From NCBI GenBank assembly GCA_964016885.1, contig OZ024741.1:33294001-33358000 (forward strand): DNA of 64,000 nt. Direction: 5' to 3'. Positions 49,748 through 64,000 of this stretch are shown piece after piece; positions within the stretch are counted from its first letter, which is position 1, and each line of letters opens with the position of its first letter. The stretch comes from Eledone cirrhosa (lineage: Eukaryota). The position numbers and the translations under genes were made by a program. Below the pieces are notes generated by a model. That model saw only the letters and a program-made list of their open reading frames with translations, had not been told where the DNA came from and ran no database searches.

Positions 49748-51149
49748 AAAACGACTCAATTCATAAAGTAGAGTTAATAATTATTACAACTAAGATTTTG
49801 TCCCATCCTTACTCCGTGTTACCACTTTCGACACGACTCCCATCTTACGAACTTTCTGTATGTGTTTAAGTTTAGGCCGTTATTAAAACCCGTTGCTGTT
49901 GTTTATGTCACATAAGCTAGTATATCGTGAAATAGAGATCAATGAAATACTCTCGGGATAAACGGGGGGGGGGGAGTCGTCGTCGGTAATTGTATCATGT
50001 ACGTTCGTAAATATGGGATTTCTTGTAATGTTTTTTTTTGGGGGGGGGGTTGTCAAATATATTGGGTTTTTTAATGTAAAATAAAATTATAAGATTCTCC
50101 GGCTGTCGTATCGATATGAATCACTTACAATAACATTTCGCTGGAGATAGATTAGTAAAATTTAATAAGGTTTGAAATAAAAGCGGAGGGAGGGGGGTTC
50201 TGAAAAATTAATAAGCGGAGTGGGTACAATTATATAATTCAAGACCTGAGAGCAAGTGCTGAACTTTAAAAAGTTATTACTAGGATCGATATTATCGACT
50301 AAATCCGCGTATGCTCTGCCTCAGCATAGCTGTAGACTAATGACTGTAAATGAAATGAATATAAGAATAATTGAATCTAATGGAACAGGTAAAGATAGAT
50401 TAGTTCATATACCGTAGGAATGTACAGATCCTCACTTTTCAGGTAATGTACTTCGTCGGAGAGAGAAAACGTTTCAGTATATTTTTATTTTCGCATGGAA
50501 ACAATGTATACAAGCGTTATTGTTATTTTAATACAAAGCTGGAGATTCTTTCTGTTTTGTCATACAGTAGTGGTGACAGTTTCACGACAACAATGCGTGC
50601 TTATAAGAACGACGGCCTTTCATTTCAAGTGTCAAAAACACGTTTGATTAAGCCTCCTGATTCATAAAATGCTTTCACAAAGAAGACCTTCATTTAAAGA
50701 TAATAGAATTTTCGTTGTCGAAGAATAATTCGGTAAAGGCTACAAATTGAATTATCCATTGGGCCATGCAGGCACCTCATCAATTTGGCTTGATACAAAG
50801 GTTTCTACAGTGAAATGTTTCATTACATTTGCATAATGTTAGGGCTCAAACCTCTCTCACACACTCACTTATTCACAGAAGAGCAGCGAAACTCTTTAAA
50901 AGAAGACAATTGAAGAATCAAAGGAAAATTAACGAAAATAGAGCATACAAGGATTGTTCATAAGCTAGAAGATCGTGTATAAGGCAAGAATAGAGTTGAT
51001 GTACATCATCTACACTGGTAGAGGTCGGAGGTTATGTTCCACTGCTTCAGTAATGACCTCAGAACAATGCTTATTTGGTACGTAAACCGCCTGACAGTCT
51101 ATCAGGAAGAAGAGGCAACATTAAAGAACCCATTCACATTATTATCATT

Positions 51150-52072
51150 TGGATTGGCAGTATCGGTAGAGGATCGGACACCATGCTTTGACGCATAGAG
51201 TTACGGCCCTTACCATTCTGAGTTCAAATCCCGCCGAGGTTAACTTTGCCTTTCATCCCTACGGGGTACCAGTCACGCACTGGGGTCAATTTCATCGACT
51301 TTCCCTTCCCCCCATAATTGCTGGCCTTGTGCCTATATAAGAAACCATTATTTGTGTGTGAGTTCAAATCCCGTCGAGGTTAACTTTGCCTTTCATCCTT
51401 ACGAGGTCGATAAAATAAAGTACCAGTAATGTAATGGGTATTTGCTGGCCTTGTGCCAAAAGTAGAAACAATTATTTGTGTGTGCGTATTGTTTGTGGTG
51501 TGTTTGTTTGTGGAGTGTTTGTTCGTTGTGTGTGCGTGCATGGTGTTTGTGATGTGTTTGTGTGCGTGTGTGTATGTGTGTGTGTGTGTCTGTGTGTGTG
51601 TGTGTGCGTGTGTTTGCGTGTGTTTGTGTGTATGTGTGTGTGTAGATATGTGCGTGGGTGGTGTATTTTTTTGTAGTATGTGTATGTGTGTGCGTGGTGT
51701 TTGTGATGTGTGTGTGTGTGTGGATTGGCAGAGACATTAGAGAGTCGAAATAGTATTAGCAGTATTTTTCCATTCTGAATTCAAATTCTACTGTTTCTGT
51801 TAAATCTATGCCTTCTCTGTTCGCATTATACTACCCGGATTAGGGCGGTGGATTGGCAATATCGGTAGAGAGTCGGACGCCATGCTTTGCAGCAAAGAGT
51901 TACGGCCCTTTATGGTCTGAGTTCAAATCCCGCCGAGCTTAATTTTGCCTTTCATCCTTACGGAGTCGATAAAATAAAGTACCAGTAATGCACTGAGGTT
52001 GATTTAATCGACTCCCCCCACTCCGCTCCCCACAAAAATACTTTTGGCCTAGTGCCTAAATCAGAAACGATT
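51150..52072 (+). mobile_element. Cluster of SINEs (~51150-51350, ~51358-51476, ~51720-51790, ~51841-52072) with a TG-rich tract
   Basis: Same consensus. Confidence 0.85.
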
Positions 52073-52629
52073 AAATTATCCGAAAAAATATATATTCACA
52101 CATTTAGAAAAAAGATATGATAGAAATAAGGTGATGAGAAAGATAGTAAACGTTTCAAGATTTCACAGTTCTAGCATCACTCCTTCACAGTCTGACCAAG
52201 ATACCCTCCTGGAATGACCAAATGAGGTTTATTTTTCAACATAGACCATGGAAAGAAACAATGCAGTTATTAATAAGAAGAGTTGAAATTAATGCATGCA
52301 AGATTTCACAGCTCTTGCATCCCCCCTTCCTACTCTCGTACATGATTTTTGTAAAAACATACTGAGTGGAGTTATAACCTAAAATAAACATGCCTGGGAA
52401 AGCCTATTGTATGAGAATTTGATAATTATTTTTGATCTGACAGGTTAACCTAGGCTAAACTGGGTTAACCTTTTAGCATTTACATTACTCTATATTTACT
52501 ATTGTAGTTTCATGGTAAAGGCTTTACCTCACATAATTATCTCACATAATATCAAAGCTATGAGATTTTGATATTATTTATTTAATATCAATATCTTAAC
52601 ATCAGTATAACCTAAGCTAAACTGGTTAA

Positions 52630-52816
52630 CCCTTTAGCATTTACATTATTCTATATTTACTATTGTATTTTCATGGTAAAGGCTTTACCTCACATAATTA
52701 TCTCACATAATATCAAAGCTATCTTGACATCAGTATAAGAGACTAGTTGCGGCCAGTTTGAACAGAAAGAAGTGAAAGAATTCTGGCCGGATATGGCCGG
52801 ATTAAATGCTAAAGGG
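52630..52816. mobile_element. piggyBac-like MITE with tandem duplication of its left part (~52445-52740)
   Basis: TTAA-ccctttagcattta ... taaatgctaaaggg-tTTAA. Confidence 0.65.
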
Positions 52817-54110
52817 TTTAAACTAGGCTTGATAAGCCTAAAACTTAACTTGTTACTTTACTGCTGAAGTTGAGACTGACTCTACATTTTAGATTTTATT
52901 AATTTTTATTAAAACTTTTGAACAGAATTTGTCATTTAGATTGTCCTCATCACTAGGGTGTAATTTTAATTTATTAAAATGTTTCAAAATACCATACTAA
53001 TTAAGATGGCGCCTACTTTATTATTAAGTTTTATGCAATAGTATTTTTTTTTCTAAGTTATAACGCCACTCTGTGTTAATTTACAAGATTCCTAAATACT
53101 CCTCAAGTTATCAAAAACTTCCCTGGCGAGGTTTATGAGATGGAAACATATCCATAAATATCACAGCACTAATAAAGATTATAATAGATTTGAACTAATT
53201 AAAATGTCAGGAGCAGCTGGGTCTGATAGAGGAGGAACAAAAACGACCTCCATACCGTTGGAGGGCACCGTGTTTGTATTTTAGCGCACGTCAAGGGAAC
53301 TAGCTCCGAGTTAGTCACGGTTGTAGAGTTGGTGGTGGTGGTAGTGACACTGTTGACGTCGCACCGTTACTATGACTGCCAACATTATTTTTCCAAACTC
53401 AAGAAATCGTTTGAATATAAGTTTGAAAGCAGAGGCAACTGAGAGAATTTCCGGCTAGATCCTATAAACAAAACCTCCACACGGTTTAAATACACAATTC
53501 TCCGGTATCCGAAAGACAGAAGGGCAGCCAGGATTCATGACCTGGATGCGACCCGCTCCCCTTAGAGTATAAGAAGTTAAGCGCCGAAACACTTGTTTGA
53601 GAGGGATTTCTTTAAAGAACTTCTGCTGTCCAGCTCTCTTGAGAGTTTCTTACAACCAACTAATTAAAATGTTCTGGTTGTTTTCTCAACCATTTTCTAC
53701 CGACATATATAATGATTGATCTAACAAAAGAGCCAATATGTATATTGTCTATTGCTTGTATAAGATTATTAAGTGAAAAGCTCTTCCACTATTTCATTAA
53801 ATGTTGTGCAAGCTGTCCTTATATATATTTGCATCTTAAGAGTTGAATACACACACGAAAGACACAAGCCTAATCCGCTTAGCGCCGTGGTCGGGATTTT
53901 ACATGTCTCTATGCATATGCTGACCAAAATACTCTCATAGAATTACGAAATGAGGTCCATTTTTCAGCATAGTTCTTAGAAAGAAATAATGCAGTTATTA
54001 ATAAGATTTGAAATTAATGTGCGCAAGATTTCAAAACGGATCATTTCTTCATTTCAGCCTATGAACTTTTCAACAACCCCTCGTGTGCGTGTATATATAT
54101 ATATATATAT

Positions 54111-54303
54111 ATAGGAACGAGTAGAACCCCGACGGCTGAGCTCAAGCCGTTTCGACGGCTAATTTGAGTCCAGAATTAGCCGTCGAAACGGCTTGAGCTC
54201 AGCCGTCGGGGTCCTACTCGTTCCTATTACCCACTCTACTACCCTAAGTATTGAGTAGTTTGGTGCGTTATGGTCCATCTGGTTCCTTACCACATTTCCT
54301 TCG

Positions 54304-54306
<3 letters not shown>
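54111..54306. mobile_element. Fold-back element (arms 54111-54227)
   Basis: ataggaacgagtag..ccgtttcgacggctaatt / aattagccgtcgaaacgg..ctactcgttcctat; (TA)n on both sides. Confidence 0.88.
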
Positions 54307-54377
<71 letters not shown>

Positions 54378-54528
54378 GGAGAGAGAGAGAGAGAGAGAGA
54401 AGGAGAGAGAGAGAGATATATACTATATATATAGATATATATATATATAGTAATAATAATACATGTGAAGACAAAATCCAAAGAGGGCTCGATAAGGATA
54501 AATATATATCAAATATATAAGAACCCTA

Positions 54529-54568
<40 letters not shown>

Positions 54569-54799
54569 CTTAGAAGTGACTGCTACAGGTCTAGTACTGT
54601 TTCATTCTAAGGTGAAATCATCAAGAAATATATAAATGTTAGTGACAGGACTAAATATTTTGTGAATACGATGGATTTCAATGAAATAGAAGGAATACAA
54701 ATTTTTCAGTGAAAATATGTGTGGGTATGCGCATGCGTGCGTATCAACCTATATACTCAATAGATACGTTAAAGGGGGCTTTTGAGGTGTATATATAGG

Positions 54800-54800
54800 T

Positions 54801-54866
<66 letters not shown>
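54800..54866. repeat. Pure (GATA)n tract without insertion
   Basis: Direct reading. Confidence 0.95.
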
Positions 54867-54867
<1 letters not shown>

Positions 54868-54959
54868 TATAATCTTCTACTTCCCTGTCAGTTTACTGAC
54901 ATATCAGGATTTCCCTTCAAGATAATATCCATGAAGCTTGTACGTAGATTGTCATCCGA

Positions 54960-56302
54960 CAGCACCGCCATCACCACCACTACCGCCTCACCATCACAGT
55001 ACCGCCACAACACCACCATCACACCCCACATCACCACAATCACCACCACAACACCACCACAACACCACCAACACCACCATCACCACCACAACACCACAAT
55101 CACCACCACAACACCACCACAACACCACCAACACCACCATCACCACCACAACACCACAATCACCACCACAACACCACCATCACCACCACAACACCACTAC
55201 AACACCACCAATACCACAACACCACCACAACACCACAACACCACAACACCACAACACCACCACAACACCACCATCACCACCACAACACCACAACACCACA
55301 ACACCACCACAACACCACCATCACCACCACAACACCACAACACCACAATCACCACCACAACACCACAACACCACAACACCACCACAACACCACCATCACC
55401 ACCACAACACTACAACACCACCAACAACACCATCACGACCACAGCACCACAACACCACAACACCACCACAACACCACAACACCACCACAACACCACAACA
55501 CCACAACACCACCAATACCACAACACCACCACAACACCACAACACCACAATCACCACCACAGCACCACCAACACCACCATCACCACCACAACACCACCAC
55601 AACACCACCACAACACCACCATCACCACCACAACACCACAACACCACCAACACCACCATCACTACCACAACGTCACCCCTCACCACCAACAGCACCACCA
55701 ACCTCACCACCGCACCGTCACATCACCACCACTCTCCCTCTCTTGTTCTCGCTCTTTCTCTATCTCTCAATCTCTCTCTCTCACCCTCTCTCCCTCTAAC
55801 TATCTATCGCTCCCCCTCTCTCACTCTCTCACTCACACACCCCCTCTCGTTCTTCTGCCTACTTTGTTTCTTTTTTCAAATTGTGTCTGCTGTTAAAACC
55901 TCCCCCTTCTCCCTCATTGTAAGACTTGCACCTCCCTTTTACTACTGCTACTGCTGACCCTCATGTTGCTGCTGTTGTTGCTGTTGTTGTTGCTGTTGTT
56001 GTTGTATTGCTGCTGCTGTTGTTGCTGTTGTTGTTACTGATGCTGTTGTTGTTGTTGTTGCTGTTGTTGCTATTGTTGTTGTATTGCTGTTGTTGTTGCT
56101 GCTGTTGTCACTATTGTTGTTGGTGTTGTTTTATTGCTGCTGTTGTTGCTGATGTTGTTGTTGCTGTTGTTGCTGTAGTGCTGTTGTTGTTGCTGTTCTT
56201 GTATTGCTGTTGTTGTTGCTGCTGTTGTTATATTGCTGTTGTTGTCACTGTTGTTGTTATATTGTTGTTGCTGTTGTTATATGGTGGTGGAGGTGGAGGT
56301 GG

Positions 56303-56338
<36 letters not shown>

Positions 56339-56359
56339 CAACAGCAGCAGCAGCAGTAC

Positions 56360-56406
<47 letters not shown>

Positions 56407-56426
56407 CTGGTGGTGGTGGTAGCAGT

Positions 56427-56482
<56 letters not shown>
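54960..56482. repeat. Low-complexity block: (CAC/CAA)n, then (TC)n, (TTG/CTG)n, (TAG/CAG)n
   Basis: Simple repeats; ORFs are homopolymeric in several frames. Confidence 0.92.
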
Positions 56483-56483
<1 letters not shown>

Positions 56484-56653
56484 TTTTGTAATAGTTGCTG
56501 CAATTTAGCACCAACTCAACCCTGATTGAACCAAACACTATGAACAAAGGTGAAGCCAGCCGTGACCAGCACGACGGCTATTTGGTGAGGGATGAGAGTG
56601 GGAATATCTAGAACTACATTAATTAATGTATGATTCCCTGTTTATGTTTTCAG

Positions 56654-56692
56654 GAGGATGACGAGGAGGAGGAGGAGGAGGAGGAGGAGGAG
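56654..56692 (+). other. Candidate 39-nt micro-exon encoding EDDEEEEEEEEEE
   Basis: tttatgttttcag|GAGGATGAC(GAG)10|gttagt. Confidence 0.3.
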
Positions 56693-57089
56693 GTTAGTTT
56701 CTAACATCAAGCAAATGGAGATATTTACTTTAGATGTGTGTGTATATGTTTGGGATAGGGATAGTCGCAGGCAGGGTTGTGTGATTAAGGAGTTCGCTTC
56801 GTACTGTGTAATTTAGGTTTCAGCCACGCTGTGTGTTTCCTTAGGCAAGTGTCTTTTACTATAGTCATGGTATAATGTCTTGTCAGTGACAATTGATAGA
56901 CGGGGACTGTAGAAAACTGCTGTATATATTCACAGACAGGATAGAATTTGGATTTATATACACTGGAAGGTATACCAACTCTATGAAAGACCAAAAGAAG
57001 CGATATTTGTTTAATTCTGGGAATTAAACAAACACACTGATACACATTACCGGAAAACGCGTCAGTAAATGGCAAAGCAGTCATACTAT

Positions 57090-57288
57090 AGGATATGGCA
57101 ATGCACAAAGCCAACCAAACAGATATTTTAGTCGAAGACGATAAAGAAAAGCAATGTTTTCTAATTGACGTATCATTCACCGCAGATGACAATATGTCTA
57201 TCAAGGAAATGGAGACATTATCCAAATATAAAGATCTAGAGATAGAAATAACCCGAATGTGGTTTTTGGAAACAGAAATACTCTCTAT
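57090..57288 (+). pseudogene. R4/Dong-like restriction-like endonuclease fragment
   Basis: KANQTDILVEDDKEKQCFLIDVSFTADDNMSIKEMETLSKYKDLEIEITRMW. Confidence 0.8.
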
Positions 57289-57679
57289 AATAATTGTTTC
57301 TACTTTTGGCACAAGGCCAGCAATTATTCCAGTGTATTACTGGTACTTTATTTTATCGACCCCGTAAGGATGAAAGGCAAAGTTAACCTCAGCGGTATTT
57401 GAACTCAGACCATAAAGGGCCGTAACTCTTTGCTGCAAAGCATGGCGCCCGACTCTCATAATAATAGTTTCTAATTTAGGCATCATGCCAACAATTTGGC
57501 GGGGAAAAGTCAATTAAGTCGACCCCAGTACGTTACTGGTACTTTATTATATCGACCCCGTAAGGATGAAAGGCAACGCTAACCTCTGGCGGATTTGAAC
57601 TCAGAACGTAAAGGGCCGTAACTCTACGCTGCAAAGTATACTGTCCGACACTCTACCGATACTGCTAATCCACCGCCCC

Positions 57680-57680
<1 letters not shown>
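57288..57680 (-). mobile_element. Two tandem SINEs
   Basis: Same consensus. Confidence 0.85.
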
Positions 57681-57713
<33 letters not shown>

Positions 57714-58466
57714 GGGCTTCTGGTAATTAAACAAACACACACACACTGATACACATTACCAAAACTCCATACGAATATATACAGCATACAGAAAGTAGCA
57801 TTTCTAGGCACTACACATATTATGAAGAGGACATTCGGTGTAATAGAAATAAATCAAAAACAAAAGTGCACATAGAGAGCTGTGCTTCGTAATGCAGTGA
57901 TAGCACGCAATAAAAATAAGATTAATTATGATAATAATAATAATGAGCTGTTTGTATTTATTCGCTGTTGTGCTATGGAGATAGTATTGGCAGTAGAACA
58001 TTTTCAAACGATAAATAGATAGTGGGTGCGTAACATAAGAAATAAAGTGAAATAAGTTAAAGAATAAGAGAGAATTAAAATGAGAGTGATGTGAATTAGA
58101 GATTAGAATAATGTTGTTTTACGGAAGACGAAAACTAGAGGCAATCTTTGTATATCGATGAAAGAAAATTGAAGATTTTATGGAACACGCAGTTTTGCGA
58201 TGAATGTTATGATAAAAGTACTTTTGGACTATTGATAATTATAGGCTTCGTTTTTGTATTTGTTTTGCAAGAGTTATTATCTGAAAACGTGTGTTGAAAC
58301 AGATGTTGTTATACTTTGAGAGGGTCATGCTGCCAATAAAAAACATATGCACATGTTGGAGTTTCACTTCTATTTATTACAAATTTCCGGTTGGTTGGTT
58401 TAATAACCAGATGATTGTTCATTTATTGCCCTTGCGGACAGAAGAGAAAAGGGGTTTCCTCGGAGG

Positions 58467-58766
58467 ATGGTGAGGAAGACCCGCTGGAAGAGCCATTCCA
58501 GCTCGCGAGGCTCACACTTGCAGGTAACCATCTCTGTGGTGGTGAGTAGGGAGGTGGCCCTAGGGCCAAAGCTTAACTATCGATTTGATTCACCATTTTC
58601 AGTGGACTTCATGTTAGTGAAGGAAGTCCACTGAAAATGGTGAATCAAATCGATAGTTAAGCTTTGGCCCTAGGGCCACCTCCCTACTCACCACCACAGA
58701 GATGGTTACCTGCAAGTGTGAGCCTCGCGAGCTGGAATGGCTCTTCCAGCGGGTCTTCCTCACCAT
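58467..58766. mobile_element. Perfect GC-rich palindrome, 144-bp arms, 12-nt loop
   Basis: 58467-58610 is the reverse complement of 58623-58766; ends in (TA)n; arm homologous to 63848-63900. Confidence 0.92.
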
Positions 58767-58973
58767 ATATATATATATAAATGAAAGTTTGGTAAAATCG
58801 AAGCTTCGGCTGTATCCAAGCCAACGAGATACAACGAGGAATGTGCTGCCAAGCACTCGATGAGGAGTCTTAGAGTAATAACATTCGTTAGGCGGCATGA
58901 CAAATTGAAAGCTGTGGCAAGCAGACCTAGCCACGACACCGAGGGAACGAAAAAAACCAACAGGTTAATAAAA

Positions 58974-59023
<50 letters not shown>

Positions 59024-59419
59024 GGAAAAGAATGAAACGAAATTTCATTTCTCACTCTTAGTACGGCTGATACTTAAATGTAAGTATGTATATGTACATA
59101 CATATATGTACATAGTATGTTCGTTTCATTCTTTTCCATTTATCGTTTTCGGTGCGCCCGGCCGACTAACTCACTCGATATGCAAATTAGGCTGCTCAGT
59201 CGTTAATATGCGTAAGGAAAGTATATACTTTCAGACGTTCAATCATCTGGCAGGAAGGTATACGGTGCTGACGATAGCTAGTAAGCTTGAAGCTAGTACA
59301 TCGTTCCTGTGTCAGTGTTGAACAAAAAGGCAATGATGGTTACCTGAACAATGTACGGCGTAATTCGGTATGTTTACAAACAAACCGAACATTATAATAA
59401 ATGTTCGGTAAACCCATAC

Positions 59420-59488
<69 letters not shown>

Positions 59489-59561
59489 CATGTATGTATA
59501 TATATACATACTACTGTACGTCTGTATACATATATGTATGTACGTATACATACATATTTAC

Positions 59562-59603
<42 letters not shown>

Positions 59604-59633
59604 GTGGTTACACAACAGTTAGTTCACCATACA

Positions 59634-59669
59634 GAGAACAATTGTTTCACCTTAGCGGATCCTCAGCTC
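59634..59669 (-). ncRNA. Minimal hammerhead motif
   Basis: GAG-CUGAGGA-UCC(gcuaa)GGU-GAAAC(aauu)GUU-CUC. Confidence 0.55.
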
Positions 59670-59696
59670 GGAATGGGCATGGTTTTCTAGGAACAG

Positions 59697-61272
<1,576 letters not shown>

Positions 61273-61642
61273 AAAGTGAAATGTTTTAGACTTAAAACAT
61301 AGAATGTGAAGTCATTAGCGAAAAAATTCATCATGACTTTTCACCCATCATTTTGAACGGATGCTTCGTTCGTTTAAAACATTATATACACAAACAAAAC
61401 ATTAAAAGTCATGAAAACTAGACAAATTAAAACAGTAGATGCTGGGAAAGAATGTTTTTGTCTGAGTGACTGAATGAGTGGGCGAAGAAGAGGGAGAGAG
61501 GTGGAGCGATAGATAGAGGGAGAGAGGGAGAGAGAGAGTGAGCGATATAGAGAAAGAGCGAGAGCAAAAGAGGGAGAGTGTTGGTGTTGTGATGGTGCGA
61601 TGGTGAGGATGACGGTGCTGTTGGTGGTGAGAGAGAGCGAGA

Positions 61643-61688
<46 letters not shown>

Positions 61689-61880
61689 CAGTAAGTTAAT
61701 GAGAGAACGAACGAGATTGTGAGACAGTGACTATGAATGTCTAAGGTTGTGTTTCGGTATGACAAGTCTAGAGAACGGTGATGTGTTTTAATGGCGCTGT
61801 GTTGTTATAGGATACTTCAGGGACACATGGAAGTGCTATTCCAGAAACTATGTCTATATATGTTTGTATATATGTGTATG

Positions 61881-61929
<49 letters not shown>

Positions 61930-62070
61930 ATATATATGTGTGTGTGTGTGTATGTGTGTGTATATATATGTATGTATATGTTTCTATGTGTATGTGTGTG
62001 AGTCTTTTTCTCTCTGTCTCTGTGTATGTGTGTGTGTATGTATCCCTCTCTGTATGTATGAGTGTGTCTG

Positions 62071-62108
<38 letters not shown>

Positions 62109-62402
62109 AAATCCTCGCGTAAAGAAAGAGCTATTACTGATGTCAACCGGACGGCAAGAGATTGTAACAGTATAGATACAGGCGAGGGCTACAGTAAGCT
62201 TTTTTAAATTTTTAAATCAAGGCAACCACACACACAGAGACCCACACTCACAGACCCCCCCCCCCACACACACACGCACACACAGACCCCCCCACACACA
62301 CACGCACACACAGACCCACACACACACACGGAGAAACAGTCACACATACATATACACACTCATATACATACAGTAGGCATTAAGATAAGTAATTACTAGA
62401 GT

Positions 62403-62435
<33 letters not shown>

Positions 62436-62789
62436 AGAGCAACAACAGCAGCAGTAGTAGTATTAGTGAACGAGTCACATCACGTAGGAACCGACTAGGT
62501 GAGGTAGGTTTTGTTCGAGATATTCTGTCCTCTGGGGACCACAAGACAGAGTAACCCTTAAATGAGAGTAAAGTTTAGTGTCAATTTGTATAAATAACAT
62601 TACAAATATTGGTGGAAATATGAAAGAAAAAAAGGATAAAAGCAAGCAACGAACTGAGGGTGAAGGGGTTAAGAAGGGCGGACCCGACTGTGTAGGAAAG
62701 TAGGAGAAAGGGCTATAGATGTTATAAATGCTATAATTGAGAGGAAACGGACGGAAAAAGCCAAGACTATAAGGCGACGGAAGAAAGGG

Positions 62790-63115
62790 AGAGGAAGGGA
62801 GAGAGTGATACGTTCTATGCCTAGGGTGGGGTGGTGTTTAGGCTGCGCGCCACCGACAATGGCCAGCGACACCCACTGCAACAGTGACCCTACCTCGCGG
62901 GGATCTTTCTTCAGACGGGCTGCTGACGATCCAATTTTACGGAGGTCAGCTGTCCAGGGCCTGAAGAAGCCTAAGGTCTCGACAGCGACCAGGGCGAAGA
63001 GGAAGCAGATGGACAGACTCCAGTATTTTCTTGTCTTCCTGTCCTCTGCATTGCGGGCCACAGTACCGTGGTTTGTGGCCGTAGCGACTAAATTGAGATG
63101 GTGACAAATTCTCTC
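62790..63115 (-). pseudogene. CRE-like 3' fragment
   Basis: ARNAEDRKTRKY...VAVETLG...DPREVGSLLQWVSLAIVGG. Confidence 0.75.
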
Positions 63116-63444
63116 GCCTATCTACGCCACATAAACGGTAACATCCAACGAACCGTCTTGTGTGTAGCACTGTAACTTATTACACTTAAGCTGCTAAAGC
63201 AATATGAGATGGTTAGGGTGATGGCCGATAAGAGATGCTAGCCTTGCTAGAAATAGCAGCCAAATTCTTCCCTAAATTGAACCTTATACGTCTAAGCAAA
63301 AAAAAAAAAAAGGTAGGGTACCACAAAGTCTGACTCGTCATGAACTGACATTGAGTTAACTGCAACAGCAACCAGAACGACAACACTAAAATATCTGTGG
63401 AAAATGTCCGGCTCTTTGCAATTCCGATCACAAATCTCACCAAA

Positions 63445-63640
63445 CCCAACTTTGCCTTTCGTCCTTCAGGAATCAGTAAAATGAATTGCCTGTAATAATT
63501 GTTTCTACTTTTGGCACAAGGCCAGCAATTAACCAGTGCATTACTGGTACTTTATTTTATCGACCTCGGCGGGATTTGAACTCACAATGGGTAGGGCCGT
63601 AACTCTATGCGTCAAAGCATGGCATCCGACCCTCTAATGG
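63445..63640 (-). mobile_element. Rearranged SINE fragments
   Basis: Same consensus with internal deletion. Confidence 0.7.
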
Positions 63641-64000
63641 AGTGGAAAATCGAGCCTACAACTTGATTACTGTTGCTACCATTGCTGCTGAGGAATCTAC
63701 TAACGCATATCTTAACCCTTCCATCAGTGCATTTCTAATGAAATACACTCTATTTTAATTAATTAATGAAGAATTTCGAGGGATTTACTAAAATTATTAA
63801 TTATGTCATTACTTAGATAGTAACTTAATGAGCTGGCCTGCCGCAGATGTGAGCCTCGCGAGCTGGAATGGCTTTTCCAGCGCGTCTCCCTTGCCGTCCT
63901 CTGGGAAACACCTTCTCCATTCTGTCCGCCGGGGCTGTGGGGAGGCCACCGATATGATTGACTGACTTGTCATTTTATCAGTCAGATACTCATCCACTAT

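Noticed and set aside
50400-51060. Possible degenerate coding region
   Set aside because: Only short ORFs and no motif I could recognise
54931-56525. His/Thr-rich and poly-Leu/Ser ORFs (mucin-like or membrane-like appearance)
   Set aside because: Simple trinucleotide repeats open in multiple frames and strands; no unique coding context

Overview
Eukaryotic, AT- and microsatellite-rich, largely intergenic or intronic DNA. The abundant tRNA-type SINE and the (TA)n/(CA)n/(GATA)n landscape look octopus/cephalopod-like (inference). No complete host gene is visible; nearly all short ORFs in the track are microsatellite noise. Main structure: a head-to-tail array of three near-identical, full-length 5.7-kb L1/Tx1-type non-LTR retrotransposons (minus strand, 6731-23981; ORF1 with CCHC knuckle, ORF2 APE-RT-Zn finger). 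The copies have no poly(A) tail and sit in (GATA)n tracts. A diverged, 5'-truncated relative sits in the same tract and orientation, pointing to a GATA-microsatellite-targeting family. Second theme: about ten fold-back (inverted-duplicated) short elements bounded by (TA)n, many carrying minimal type I hammerhead ribozyme motifs with covarying stems (Penelope-like/retrozyme-like). Also present: about 15 SINE copies; fragments of RTE, CRE, R4/Dong, Penelope-like and mariner elements; MITE-like elements; one 200-N gap; one possible acidic micro-exon. Coordinates and alignments were read by eye; no database search was possible.
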